Source: a virus
Strand: one strand, 5' to 3'
IMG/VR virus record: IMGVR_UViG_3300023184_003849
Location: 57,847-121,846 of that record
DNA: 64,000 bases
Shown here one piece after another: positions 10,468 to 19,718 of the stretch (positions within the stretch are counted from its first letter, which is position 1; the number at the start of each line of letters is the position of its first letter). A program made the translations under genes and the position numbers. The notes under the pieces are model-generated. The model saw only the letters and a list, made by a program, of their open reading frames with translations, was not told the DNA's origin and did no database searches.

Positions 10468-11785
10468 ACCATTCTTTTAGTTCGGGGAAGGCAGCGCCAA
10501 AGTCTTTTGATCTACGTTGATCATACTGTGTGTAGAACTGTCGGAAATCATTTAACAGTCGGGGCATTTCAAATGCTTCAGAATGAGGAGTTTTGACCAC
10601 ATCCAAATAATCAATCAAGCGTTGTGTGTGATTGACTTCGTGTTCGTGAATGATATCACTGTCAACCCAGTGCTCTAGCCATGTCTCCAAGCGTTGTCTA
10701 TATACTGTGCGTTGGGCATCAGGTAGCACCAGTGGCGATTGGAAACTAGGAAATCGTAGAATGTTCAATGTAAACGAAACCGCATCTCGGCCATATTCTA
10801 GTTTCCAATTCATTATGCACTCTAACAATTGATCCAAGGTAGTCAAACATAATGCATTAATGGTACACATCACATGTATGCCACGGAACTGCCCTGAGTC
10901 TAGTAGTCTTTCTACGTTGTTGGCCCAGTCGTCCCAGACCAGTCCGTCACGGATATACTCTGCTTGAGTGGAGATCGCCTCATTTGACGTGTATAAATCG
11001 ATTACCATTCCTTGTGTGCTGTCAAGCAATCGGTCAATGTCAACGTCGGTACCCAGGTTACTGTTGATAGCCAAGCGTGTGCTACTCTTGCCCTGATTAT
11101 CTCGAAACCAATCAATGAGTCGCCAGGTGTGGGCGGACATGAGGGGCTCTCCTCCGGTGATTCTAAGTTCTGTAAGAGTGCGATGTAGATCTGACTCCCA
11201 CCATGCAAAAAATGCGCTAATGTAGGCATTATCCTCCGTGATCTTAAACAACTGAGAGTTGTCATGAGTGTGAGTAAAGTGGTTACGACCATCACTGACC
11301 AGGTTGCGATAGGGTCCGTTATTGCGTATGTCTCGAACCCAAGTTGTGCTAAATGCAGGGTTACAGTAACTACAAGCAAACTGACAAGTACGATCGAAAG
11401 CAATTTCCAAGGTACGGAGATTGACGTCTTCAGTGGGTAGTGTATTTCTAGCCTCATGCAATGCCTCTATAGGGTATATCTTACTCTTATACACACGATC
11501 ACTCACAGCATCGCGACCCATGTCTTCAATTTTCCAACAGTATTCACAGCCTGCGGGACGTTCTCCGATGATCATCTTGCGACGATCTTCTTTCTTTTGA
11601 TCAGTGTTGTGCAACAGCCTAGGGTTGGCGCGAACTCGATCAATGTCCACCAAATGGGCTGGAGGGTGGTGACAACTTGTGGTCATACCAGAGCCTAACC
11701 AAATAGTCGCATTGTACCACTTGGCTGCACAAAAACTTTCACTCAACGTGTCTAATACTGTGTGTTTGAATTCTAAATCGTTCAC
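10448..11785 (-). CDS. Radical SAM enzyme with N-terminal Cys/His cluster
   Basis: CQFACSYC, TGGEP; N-terminal CAAKW..SCHHP..CEYC. Confidence 0.9.
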   Translation of the reverse strand: MNDLEFKHTVLDTLSESFCAAKWYNATIWLGSGMTTSCHHPPAHLVDIDRVRANPRLLHNTDQKKEDRRKMIIGERPAGCEYCWKIEDMGRDAVSDRVYKSKIYPIEALHEARNTLPTEDVNLRTLEIAFDRTCQFACSYCNPAFSTTWVRDIRNNGPYRNLVSDGRNHFTHTHDNSQLFKITEDNAYISAFFAWWESDLHRTLTELRITGGEPLMSAHTWRLIDWFRDNQGKSSTRLAINSNLGTDVDIDRLLDSTQGMVIDLYTSNEAISTQAEYIRDGLVWDDWANNVERLLDSGQFRGIHVMCTINALCLTTLDQLLECIMNWKLEYGRDAVSFTLNILRFPSFQSPLVLPDAQRTVYRQRLETWLEHWVDSDIIHEHEVNHTQRLIDYLDVVKTPHSEAFEMPRLLNDFRQFYTQYDQRRSKDFGAAFPELKEWYDAIPV

Positions 11786-12891
11786 AAATTGCTTTGGATA
11801 AAATTAACAAAGCGGTCAGGAAATTCTTGAAAGATTCGGATTCCTTCTGCCGCCAAGTGTTGTTGATTATACTTAGTTACGGCCCGACTTGCAACCAGAA
11901 ATTCCTCCAGATTGCTGTCACACAGGTCTTGTACCACTTGTGCTATCCTGTCTAACCGATCTTGATTGTTGGCTATTAGATCAAATGATTCGTCAATCAA
12001 GTGACCGAATGTCTGGAATCCTGCATTATGTAAGTCGCGATAAAAACCGCAATTGGCCACTGCCACAAACGGATGGCCCATGGCTATGGGTTTGTAGATC
12101 TTTTCACTGCGCAGGCTGTAAGGATAATCAAACACAGTTTCTGACACCAAACTGAAATAGGTATCTATATAAGGTTCAGCACGGATGTACACGTCACCCC
12201 AGGTGTTGTCAAACAATTCGTGTTTGACGAAAGCATGTTGATACCGATCTTTCTGCCCTGCGCGGAATTGTTCTACTTCGTATTCTGTGGGTAATAATCG
12301 TATCTCGCTGGGTCTTTCAAATAGGTCTGTTGAATAAGTGTGATGGTATACAGGAGTGGTGTCCAGATTAGTCCAGAGTGCGTGATCCAACAGGCCAGCA
12401 TCACGCATGCGCTCTATCATGTATTTTCTATGTGGTCTTGTGCGCCCATTTAGAAACAAGAACTTGTAGGGTTTGTGAAACTTACTGTAGATTTCATCTG
12501 CGCGGGTGCCTTGTTCACGATTGCTTTCATAACAGGTTGCTCGATAAGCATAATGGTCGTAGACCATGCAGTTGAGTTCAGGCTCCATGTCTCCACATCC
12601 TACCAACAGCAATCGCTTTTGTTGAATCAAATCTATCAATCCCAGACGTTGGCATTGCAGTTTGAGTGTTTGCGAACCTTCTGAAGGATTGGCCAATACA
12701 GGCAAACAAATGTTGCTAAGTTGTTTTACCCGATCTGCATATCGGTTCACAGTTTGTCTGGCCAGTACAACAACGTCATTGGGTCTGGGTTCGTACTGTT
12801 CAAAATCCCAAAATGTATCATCCACTAGATGTTGTATTTCCGCATATATCTCACAGGAAGTGTCGCATACCAGACTGTGGTTACCTAGCAT
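11782..12891 (-). CDS. GT10-like glycosyltransferase candidate, paralog 4
   Basis: Start moved to ATG 12891 (MLGNHSL), which overlaps the upstream stop; FLFLNGRTRPHR, SLVSET..RSEKIYKPIAMGHPF..GFQTF..IDESFD. Confidence 0.55.
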   Translation of the reverse strand: MLGNHSLVCDTSCEIYAEIQHLVDDTFWDFEQYEPRPNDVVVLARQTVNRYADRVKQLSNICLPVLANPSEGSQTLKLQCQRLGLIDLIQQKRLLLVGCGDMEPELNCMVYDHYAYRATCYESNREQGTRADEIYSKFHKPYKFLFLNGRTRPHRKYMIERMRDAGLLDHALWTNLDTTPVYHHTYSTDLFERPSEIRLLPTEYEVEQFRAGQKDRYQHAFVKHELFDNTWGDVYIRAEPYIDTYFSLVSETVFDYPYSLRSEKIYKPIAMGHPFVAVANCGFYRDLHNAGFQTFGHLIDESFDLIANNQDRLDRIAQVVQDLCDSNLEEFLVASRAVTKYNQQHLAAEGIRIFQEFPDRFVNFIQSNL

Positions 12892-14281
12892 GATACTGAC
12901 ATTCTTCCCACCAAGATCGCATTTCAGGAAATGTTTGTAAAAAGTCTGTGCCGCGTCGACGGTCATGTTCTGCAAAGAATCTGTAAAAGTCTGCACGTGC
13001 CTCGGAATGATCCTGATTTTGAGCACTACGCATCCAGGCAATGTCTCGGTCCAAGCGGGCAACTTCATAGTCCTTGAATCCTTGATGCGGATATCTGGGA
13101 TCTTCCAGGTGTTCTAACATAAATTGTTTGACTTCTTCTAACTTGGCAATATAACTTGCAGGCAAGATTTGCAAACTCTGCCATGTGGGTGTGCGTAGCA
13201 CAGGAGTATCAAACCATATGCGTTGATAGGTTCTACTGTGTGTTCTTCTTAAAAACAATATCCAACCCAGCAAAGATTTTAATCCTGTAACTGAAAGATT
13301 GTTCATGGTAATGATAAATGTAAGACTGTTATAAGCAGGAACTTCTGTCAAATAACGATCAACGTTGTGGAACATTCGCATGTAGTCAAGTCCGTGGCGT
13401 ATGTATTCAGCCTGCGCGGGTATTCCTGAATCCACGCTTACATATTGCATGAAGTGTTCTATACGACCATCGCAGATTTGTTTAACTGAATCTAAGTAGC
13501 GTTTGAACAGTTCAGGCTCTACTGAGAAGTTTGATGTTACATTTAAATGCAGTTTTTTACTAGGATTGGCCATGATATAATCAAATACTCGATAGGTGTT
13601 CCGGTCCATGAGTGGCTCACCGCCAGTCATTCTAAAATGCTCTAGTTCGGGATACAGTGTCGGCCACCACTGCCAAAAGGCATCGACGTAGGGATTAGAC
13701 TCTCGGGCAGGTATTGGTCGTCGAGAAGCAGTAAAGTGTGCCGGATCATTGTGAGGAACAAGGGTGGGAAAAGCACCGTGTCGTTGTACTTCATCAGCCC
13801 ATGAACTGCTAAATTGAGGACTACAATAACTACATTTAAGATTGCAAGCATTGTTGAAGTTGACTTCCACGTAGGATGGAATAATATCATCTTCATCTCC
13901 GGTTGAGTTCTTTATCCGTTCAAAGTCTACCGCGGCCCAAGGCTCGCCCGAACGATAGTGTCTGTCCGATAGTTTGCCTTGATCTTCCATGTTCCAGCAA
14001 TATGAACATTCTGTAGGACGCTCCTGCTGAAGCATTATTTTCCGCTGTGCTTTTTTGTGCCAAGTGTTGTGCAAAGCCGCAGGGTTGGTTTTTATTGCTT
14101 CTGGATCTATCATGTGTAGCGGAGGATGATAACAGGAGTTGTTGAGTCCAGTGGGCAAATGTAAAGAGACTTGCTTCCATTTGGCCAGGCACAGTGCTGG
14201 ACCCAGTTGATCTTTCATTTGTTCTGCTTGATGCATAAATTCTGATTTGGAATTTTTGTCAATGTTGTTTTTTTCAAGCAT
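12881..14281 (-). CDS. Radical SAM enzyme with N-terminal Cys/His cluster
   Basis: CNLKCSYC, TGGEP; N-terminal CLAKW..SCYHP..CSYC; paralog of 10448..11785. Confidence 0.9.
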   Translation of the reverse strand: MLEKNNIDKNSKSEFMHQAEQMKDQLGPALCLAKWKQVSLHLPTGLNNSCYHPPLHMIDPEAIKTNPAALHNTWHKKAQRKIMLQQERPTECSYCWNMEDQGKLSDRHYRSGEPWAAVDFERIKNSTGDEDDIIPSYVEVNFNNACNLKCSYCSPQFSSSWADEVQRHGAFPTLVPHNDPAHFTASRRPIPARESNPYVDAFWQWWPTLYPELEHFRMTGGEPLMDRNTYRVFDYIMANPSKKLHLNVTSNFSVEPELFKRYLDSVKQICDGRIEHFMQYVSVDSGIPAQAEYIRHGLDYMRMFHNVDRYLTEVPAYNSLTFIITMNNLSVTGLKSLLGWILFLRRTHSRTYQRIWFDTPVLRTPTWQSLQILPASYIAKLEEVKQFMLEHLEDPRYPHQGFKDYEVARLDRDIAWMRSAQNQDHSEARADFYRFFAEHDRRRGTDFLQTFPEMRSWWEECQYHAR

Positions 14282-15257
14282 CAAAAACTCTTTCTATATC
14301 TTGCTTGGTTAAATCTAGTAATAAGTCTCTGTTATGTCTCAATGTGGGCAACATATCTTGATACATTGACTGTAATTCCCCCAAGGACAACTTGCTCAAA
14401 TGTTCTAAATTGTCAAAAATGCAAGACACTTGACAACCGTCTGGGTCTTCGCTGTAGCCTTCATCCCACCACTGATGAAATGTTTTGAATCCTATCCGTC
14501 TGAAATTTTTAATCCAATTGCTCGGTCCTTGTATCATAATAGGGGTGAGCGCCAGAGTAGGCCGCCATACTTTTTCGTCTATATAAAAGGTTGTTCCTGA
14601 AAAAAATGTAAGGTTGACTATTTCAAGAAAAAACTTTGGATAATATTTGAGTAAGTTTATGTTTGTTGGTTGAAGTATAGGAAAAGTTGTAATCTTATCC
14701 AATTCAATGGGGGCATGTTTGATATGATTGTATGCAGTATCTAGCATAGATTCTGTGACCCCAATGAACATGAGATCTTCAAGACCTATGTATTCTCTAT
14801 GGTACTCCTCAGTTACTTTACAGTGATAACTTTGTAGTGTTTTGTCTGAATATTGAGATTTTAATAAACTACTGGTTTGCAGTCGATATTTGTTACTATG
14901 ACCTATAAAATTTGCAAAATGTTTGAAATCCGAATCAAACTTTTTTTCAAAATTTGGAAATTGTTTACTGTTAATAATTGATCTTTCTAGTTCCCAAAAA
15001 TTGAAATCTTTATGAATATGATATTTTGTATGTGATTCCAACATATTGGAGGTGTAGATATGAATACAACCATGATCAAAATTGAATTTTTTACAAATCT
15101 TATCAATCAGGCAATATAATCCCACATGTTCACAACAAGGCCCTTCTGACATGGTGTTGATATGTGCCTGTCCAGTGGTTTGTATCTCATACACTACGTC
15201 TAAAATAAATTGATCTGTGGCCCTGATTTTGCCATCGTTGGTTAATAATGATATCAT
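14274..15257 (-). CDS. GT10-like glycosyltransferase candidate, paralog 5 (divergent, AT-rich)
   Basis: FLEIVNLT..FYIDEKVWRP..IMIQG..GFKTF..WDEGYS. Confidence 0.5.
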   Translation of the reverse strand: MISLLTNDGKIRATDQFILDVVYEIQTTGQAHINTMSEGPCCEHVGLYCLIDKICKKFNFDHGCIHIYTSNMLESHTKYHIHKDFNFWELERSIINSKQFPNFEKKFDSDFKHFANFIGHSNKYRLQTSSLLKSQYSDKTLQSYHCKVTEEYHREYIGLEDLMFIGVTESMLDTAYNHIKHAPIELDKITTFPILQPTNINLLKYYPKFFLEIVNLTFFSGTTFYIDEKVWRPTLALTPIMIQGPSNWIKNFRRIGFKTFHQWWDEGYSEDPDGCQVSCIFDNLEHLSKLSLGELQSMYQDMLPTLRHNRDLLLDLTKQDIERVFDA

Positions 15258-15838
15258 TTAAATACTGGCATTTCTGGCAAGTAGGGATACTCATCCTGGG
15301 TCCATACCCTTGCTTTTGTGGCACATGCTTGGGGTAATTTTTCAAGTCCCATTTTTGCTGTGTCAATGGTCATGTAGTAATGATATCCAATTGTGTCAAT
15401 GTTTTGTTCTTTCCAGGGTTGAATTGGAATGCGACCATCATGAGTCATTTTTTTGAGAACAATGTAATCATTGTAATTGTCTAGCAATATTGCGCCCCCG
15501 CGTATGAGATTTAGATGTTTCTTATATTGAAAACTCAAACACATAAAAGTATTGGACACATACCCATCTTGTTGCCAGTATGTGGCTGCATCTATAATTT
15601 TGGTATTCCCTATATAGTAATACCCAGCCCAATTTGTATCAACGAACGACCAACTTAATCCTAATTTTTCAAAAGTAAACGGAATAGAAATGTATGTTCT
15701 AGCAGGGCATGTAACGTTGTTATCTTTTGTGTAACGCAGAGCAAGTTCAATTGCATGTGTACAAGAATCTGTGGCAACAGCATAAGGCGCCCCAAAAAAC
15801 TGTGACAATTGTAATTCAAATTCTTCAACCATATTCAT
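15254..15838 (-). CDS. Short DegT/DnrJ/EryC1/StrS PLP-dependent sugar aminotransferase-like protein (about 194 aa)
   Basis: AVATDSCTHAIELAL, PARTYIS, IIDAA, CLSFQYKKHL..GGAIL, DGR, GYHYYM; start at the ATGA overlap at 15838. Confidence 0.8.
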   Translation of the reverse strand: MNMVEEFELQLSQFFGAPYAVATDSCTHAIELALRYTKDNNVTCPARTYISIPFTFEKLGLSWSFVDTNWAGYYYIGNTKIIDAATYWQQDGYVSNTFMCLSFQYKKHLNLIRGGAILLDNYNDYIVLKKMTHDGRIPIQPWKEQNIDTIGYHYYMTIDTAKMGLEKLPQACATKARVWTQDEYPYLPEMPVFK

Positions 15839-16584
15839 GCATATTCCCAATTTAGAGTGTCATTCAAAGGCCAGTGTAAACCTCTCCATGTTTGTAATAC
15901 GTTAAACGCTTCTTTTTTATCTATATGTACGTCAAAATAATTTTGTAATTTACCAACCACACTAGTATCATTACCTTCTATTAGCCATTCTAATGGAATA
16001 ATATGGTTTTGATCTATATTTTTGACAATATGATTGCGTCGATTTTCAACTATGCATTTTAAATTTTTTATATTTTCTTTACACCATGCGCCTAATCCGT
16101 AAGTTTTTATAAAATTAGTTTTTTGTTCTTCAATATCAGTTTCAAATGTAAAATTATGCATGATTTCTACGCCTTTTTTTTCACAGTATGCTCTAATTTG
16201 CCATTCTAACCCAAAATCAGTGATTGGCATAACAATAAGGCTAGGCATCTTTCTCAGAAAGGAATAAAAATTATCCAGATCATAAACAAAACTGTGATTG
16301 ATAAAAACAATCGGTTTGTCTGCTGGACGAACGTTTTTCTCATATTGTTCCCAGTCAAGTTCGTGACTCAGATCGATTCCATAATATTCTTTGTAATTCC
16401 CTATTTTACTCTCTAAAAAAATCCATTCCTGTTTATTTGATTTCAATCTTTCTGGATATTGCTTTAAAATTTTTTCAAGTCTTGGTTCTGCAAATGGCCA
16501 ATAAACATCATTACTTAATAGAATGATATTTTTTACTAGATTTGATGCGGCTCCTATATCTCCGCAAACTAAAAAATTTACCAT
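15835..16584 (-). CDS. Hypothetical protein, possibly P-loop sulfotransferase/kinase-like
   Basis: 249 aa, AT-rich; N-terminal beta strand plus GDIGAASN loop; family call is weak. Confidence 0.5.
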   Translation of the reverse strand: MVNFLVCGDIGAASNLVKNIILLSNDVYWPFAEPRLEKILKQYPERLKSNKQEWIFLESKIGNYKEYYGIDLSHELDWEQYEKNVRPADKPIVFINHSFVYDLDNFYSFLRKMPSLIVMPITDFGLEWQIRAYCEKKGVEIMHNFTFETDIEEQKTNFIKTYGLGAWCKENIKNLKCIVENRRNHIVKNIDQNHIIPLEWLIEGNDTSVVGKLQNYFDVHIDKKEAFNVLQTWRGLHWPLNDTLNWEYA

Positions 16585-17504
16585 CCTTCCTGGCCTCTAA
16601 TCACATCTATCTCTCTAACCATGACACCCTGATTGTGCCAGTTGCTACGATAGTGATGCTTGAAGAATCTGCTGGCCTCTGCTGTGAGCATGTGCATGGG
16701 CAGATCCAATTGTGTAGCCAAGTCATCTGCCAGTCGGTTGGCTATGATTTCAGGTTGATCGTTTCTCACAGTTTCAAACAATTCTGCCAAGGCTGTAAAG
16801 TTTTGTACCTGTAAGTAATCCCAGTTTGTTAGCATGGTCATGTAAGTGCCTTGACGTGCACCAGCAATTGACCAGTATCCATAGTCTACATCACCGCCCA
16901 CATTGTGCCAGATTGTGAGATGATCTAAATTGCGTTGATGCACACGATCACGAAACTCTGCTACACTGGGTCTTGCCCCTCGATTCAAACACATCTTGAC
17001 GCCTTCACGGAATCCGGCACGCCAAGCATGAAAAGCCGATCCATTGGGATATGTTATACTATAACAATCGTTCATGGCCCAGTATAGCGGATCAAAACAA
17101 AACTCTATCTGTGTTTCTGTTGCACCATCTGTATTTTCATGTGTGCGCATGTTTTTTACATGTGTTCGGGTCCACGATGAGAGGCCACCATTGCCATACA
17201 TCAATCCATTGACATGATTACGTGCTCGCCATCTAAACACAGCCTGCTCATAATCACTAGTAGGAAAATCCAGTGTTTGATTAAAAAATGCCGGATCGGG
17301 TAAGTTGTCGCCATCAATGAGAATAAATCTTTCTGTATCACTTGCATCAGCGGCTGCTTTGTGTGCCGCGTCAGATCCGTGTACGCCATCAACTCGTCGG
17401 GCCCAAGGAACCATATTTTTGATCCGGATCCAAAATTCTTCTTTTTGTGGTTCGTCATATGATAGGTAAATACAGTCTAAATCTGCTATGTCAATCTTGC
17501 TCAT
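16578..17504 (-). CDS. GT-A-like glycosyltransferase candidate
   Basis: DCIYLSYDEP, AHKAAA, FILIDGDN (DxD), NGLMYGNGG. Confidence 0.6.
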   Translation of the reverse strand: MSKIDIADLDCIYLSYDEPQKEEFWIRIKNMVPWARRVDGVHGSDAAHKAAADASDTERFILIDGDNLPDPAFFNQTLDFPTSDYEQAVFRWRARNHVNGLMYGNGGLSSWTRTHVKNMRTHENTDGATETQIEFCFDPLYWAMNDCYSITYPNGSAFHAWRAGFREGVKMCLNRGARPSVAEFRDRVHQRNLDHLTIWHNVGGDVDYGYWSIAGARQGTYMTMLTNWDYLQVQNFTALAELFETVRNDQPEIIANRLADDLATQLDLPMHMLTAEASRFFKHHYRSNWHNQGVMVREIDVIRGQEGW

Positions 17505-17832
17505 GTAGTTTTAACTTCCATCGTTGGTGTTCTTCTTGTGCGCTCACAACAACAGCAACATCAGTAGGGTGGCATGGTGTTCCAGTGTCACTAGGTACCA
17601 ATTTTGGCGGTACTGGTCGCTTGCGTGGTTTTAACACGCCATCGACTACACGCACTTGCAGGTCTCTTAATGCAAACTGTTCTGGAGTAACGTCGATGTA
17701 CTTACCGGGCTGATCTTCGTGGCTATAAAACAATGGCAGTCCTGAATCATCATAGTAAAGTCTTAGATAAACAGGCTTGATTTCAGGCCATTTGATGTTT
17801 TTCCAAAAGTCTAAAAATTCTTCGTCATTCAC
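17491..17832 (-). CDS. Hypothetical protein (113 aa)
   Basis: GTG start overlapping the upstream gene end; coupled to both neighbours. Confidence 0.65.
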   Translation of the reverse strand: MNDEEFLDFWKNIKWPEIKPVYLRLYYDDSGLPLFYSHEDQPGKYIDVTPEQFALRDLQVRVVDGVLKPRKRPVPPKLVPSDTGTPCHPTDVAVVVSAQEEHQRWKLKLHEQD

Positions 17833-18559
17833 TGCGCCAGTCCTTCACGTGATAATGAACTGCACCCCATTGTGCTACTGTGTTGAATCTTAATGGGTTG
17901 CTTTCCCATACTAGTTCATTTGTCCAATTTGATGTATGAGTTGCGATCATGTGGCGTTTCATATGCACAATTTTTGGATACGAAGCAAACGGCATAGTGA
18001 CCAGTTCTGGCCCAATGATCTGTGCGGCCATTGCATACACTAAATCTGTAGACGGCACATCATCTGGAAACTTTAGTAATGTTCGATATTCAGTCCAGTT
18101 CTCAAAGATGTTGCGCACCAAGCGAAAGAACTCCTGTGCTGTTTGACTCACACGCCAGTAGGTTATGGCATTGTAAACATCGGGCAAATGGTTAGCGTCA
18201 AACACTTTTCTGTAGTATCTACTGGCAGCAGGTTGGTCATAAAAATCTCTAGCACCTGTAGATATCACAAGGTCTCGATGTTCAAACATAGTCCACCAGT
18301 GATCGATTGAACTGGCTATGACCATGTCTGCTTCTAGTTTGATAGTTTGCCTGTAGGGACTGGCCGCAAAGCATTGCCAATCATTGGCAAACCCACCTTG
18401 GTCGCCATTGGGCAACATTTCTCTGGTGAGTATGGTTATGTTGGCTTCAGGATGGTGTTGGCGTATGCTTGCTGCCAACTGTTCAGCACAAGCCACATAG
18501 TTTACTGATTCTGTATCGATGGCCGGTATAAGATAGCCACGTTCAGCAAGTATTGGCAA
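17825..18559 (-). CDS. GT8-like nucleotide-diphospho-sugar transferase
   Basis: GYLIPA..YVACA..LAASIR, SPYRQTIKLEADM (DxD-like), TDLVYAMA, VHYH. Confidence 0.65.
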   Translation of the reverse strand: MPILAERGYLIPAIDTESVNYVACAEQLAASIRQHHPEANITILTREMLPNGDQGGFANDWQCFAASPYRQTIKLEADMVIASSIDHWWTMFEHRDLVISTGARDFYDQPAASRYYRKVFDANHLPDVYNAITYWRVSQTAQEFFRLVRNIFENWTEYRTLLKFPDDVPSTDLVYAMAAQIIGPELVTMPFASYPKIVHMKRHMIATHTSNWTNELVWESNPLRFNTVAQWGAVHYHVKDWRSE

Positions 18560-19352
18560 TGATATCTCCTAGATGCTTTTTGCCCATGGCATGAAAGTCC
18601 ATGCCATGCCATGCCATGGTTTTGGGTTTCTTGTCCAATCCTGTGTATCCAATTTCAAAGTAGTCTGTGTCGAGTTGTGTAAGACGGTGCTCGGGCATGA
18701 CACTAGCCAGGCCAAATGGTATGTTGTCTACTTGTAGTGTATGCCCGCTTACAATACCCAATGCAATGCTGAGAGCATAGTCGTTACGATAGGTAGGGCC
18801 TGCGATATGATACAAGTCTTTATAGTGGCGCCAGTTTGCACGTATCATACCCATGCAATCAAAGATGTATTGTGCTGTATTGCTCTTGCGAAACATCATC
18901 ACAGTGGCCCACCACATAGGCATGCGATTATGGCCAAAATAGTCAAGACCATCAAAATCATTCATGCTGGTCATATCCCAAGCATATCTGTGACACATAA
19001 AGTCTTGCGGACTGTCAATCACAGTCTTTAACTCATTGCCACACACCACATAGTCAGCGTCTAGTACTAAGGTTTGATCCCAAGGCGTAAGTTGATATGA
19101 ATCAGTTCTACCTGCGTTGTGCCACGACACAGTCGCTTGATAATCCTCAAACCAACGTGTTCCTCCGGAAACTGGCGTCGCATTAATGACTTGATCTGCG
19201 GCAGCCAATCGTCGATCTGTTGGGTCTGCGTCCGTGACAATGGCTGTAGGGATCTTGAGGTGCCTACGAATTCTTCGAGCACTCCAGCCAGCCATAGCAA
19301 CGTAGTCGGTTTGTTCATTGTCAAACGCAAATATCAATGCGCCTGTGGTCAT
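18543..19352 (-). CDS. GT8-like nucleotide-diphospho-sugar transferase
   Basis: GALIFA..DYVAMA, TPWDQTLVLDADY (DxD), RNDYALSIA, HAMGK; paralog of 17825..18559. Confidence 0.7.
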   Translation of the reverse strand: MTTGALIFAFDNEQTDYVAMAGWSARRIRRHLKIPTAIVTDADPTDRRLAAADQVINATPVSGGTRWFEDYQATVSWHNAGRTDSYQLTPWDQTLVLDADYVVCGNELKTVIDSPQDFMCHRYAWDMTSMNDFDGLDYFGHNRMPMWWATVMMFRKSNTAQYIFDCMGMIRANWRHYKDLYHIAGPTYRNDYALSIALGIVSGHTLQVDNIPFGLASVMPEHRLTQLDTDYFEIGYTGLDKKPKTMAWHGMDFHAMGKKHLGDIIANTC

Positions 19353-19657
19353 CGTTTCTTACTTTGCTCATCATATTCTACTAGCCAAGCGTTCATTTGC
19401 TCTTGCCAGTGACCATGTGCCCGAGCAAACAGTTCAGGAACATTTACCCGCACAGGAGTTTCATACAAGTCCAGTAGTACAACATCCTTGTCTTGGGCAC
19501 AACTGAGCAAAGTGCATTGCAAGTCAGGTCCGGCTCGCCACATGCCGCCGGCATGCGCAAATAACATCTTGGCCTCGTATTTTTCTTTCAACACGCGGCG
19601 GGCGGCCACATGATCAAAACGTGCTCGTGCATGAGCAATTAATGTGTCAGTATTCAT
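19349..19657 (-). CDS. Hypothetical protein (102 aa), first gene of the enzyme island
   Basis: ORF with ATGA coupling to the downstream GT and a sigma70-like promoter directly upstream. Confidence 0.7.
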   Translation of the reverse strand: MNTDTLIAHARARFDHVAARRVLKEKYEAKMLFAHAGGMWRAGPDLQCTLLSCAQDKDVVLLDLYETPVRVNVPELFARAHGHWQEQMNAWLVEYDEQSKKR

Positions 19658-19663
19658 TGTACA

Positions 19664-19692
19664 ATTATAAAAGAAAAAAGGGCAAAAGTCTA
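19664..19692 (-). promoter_or_regulatory. Sigma70-like promoter, probably leaderless
   Basis: TAGACT (19692-19687), 17 nt, TATAAT (19669-19664), 6 nt, ATG (19657). Confidence 0.6.
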
Positions 19693-19703
19693 CCTTTTGC
19701 CCT
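19669..19703 (-). terminator. Intrinsic terminator ending the tail/baseplate transcription unit
   Basis: AGGGCAAAAG-GTAGA-CTTTTGCCCT perfect 10-bp stem followed by TTTTTCTTTT on the minus strand. Confidence 0.85.
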
Positions 19704-19718
19704 GTTTGAGTTTGCCAA

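Noticed and set aside
12892-13068. N-terminal extension of the 428-aa ORF overlapping the radical SAM gene
   Set aside because: ATG 12891 gives a normal short overlap; the extension is likely a chance open frame
1-19657. Cellular or giant-virus origin of the sugar enzyme cluster (chimeric assembly)
   Set aside because: The cluster is contiguous with T4-like tail genes, shares their tight gene packing, and a similar cassette recurs at 51.5-56.3 kb; read support could not be checked
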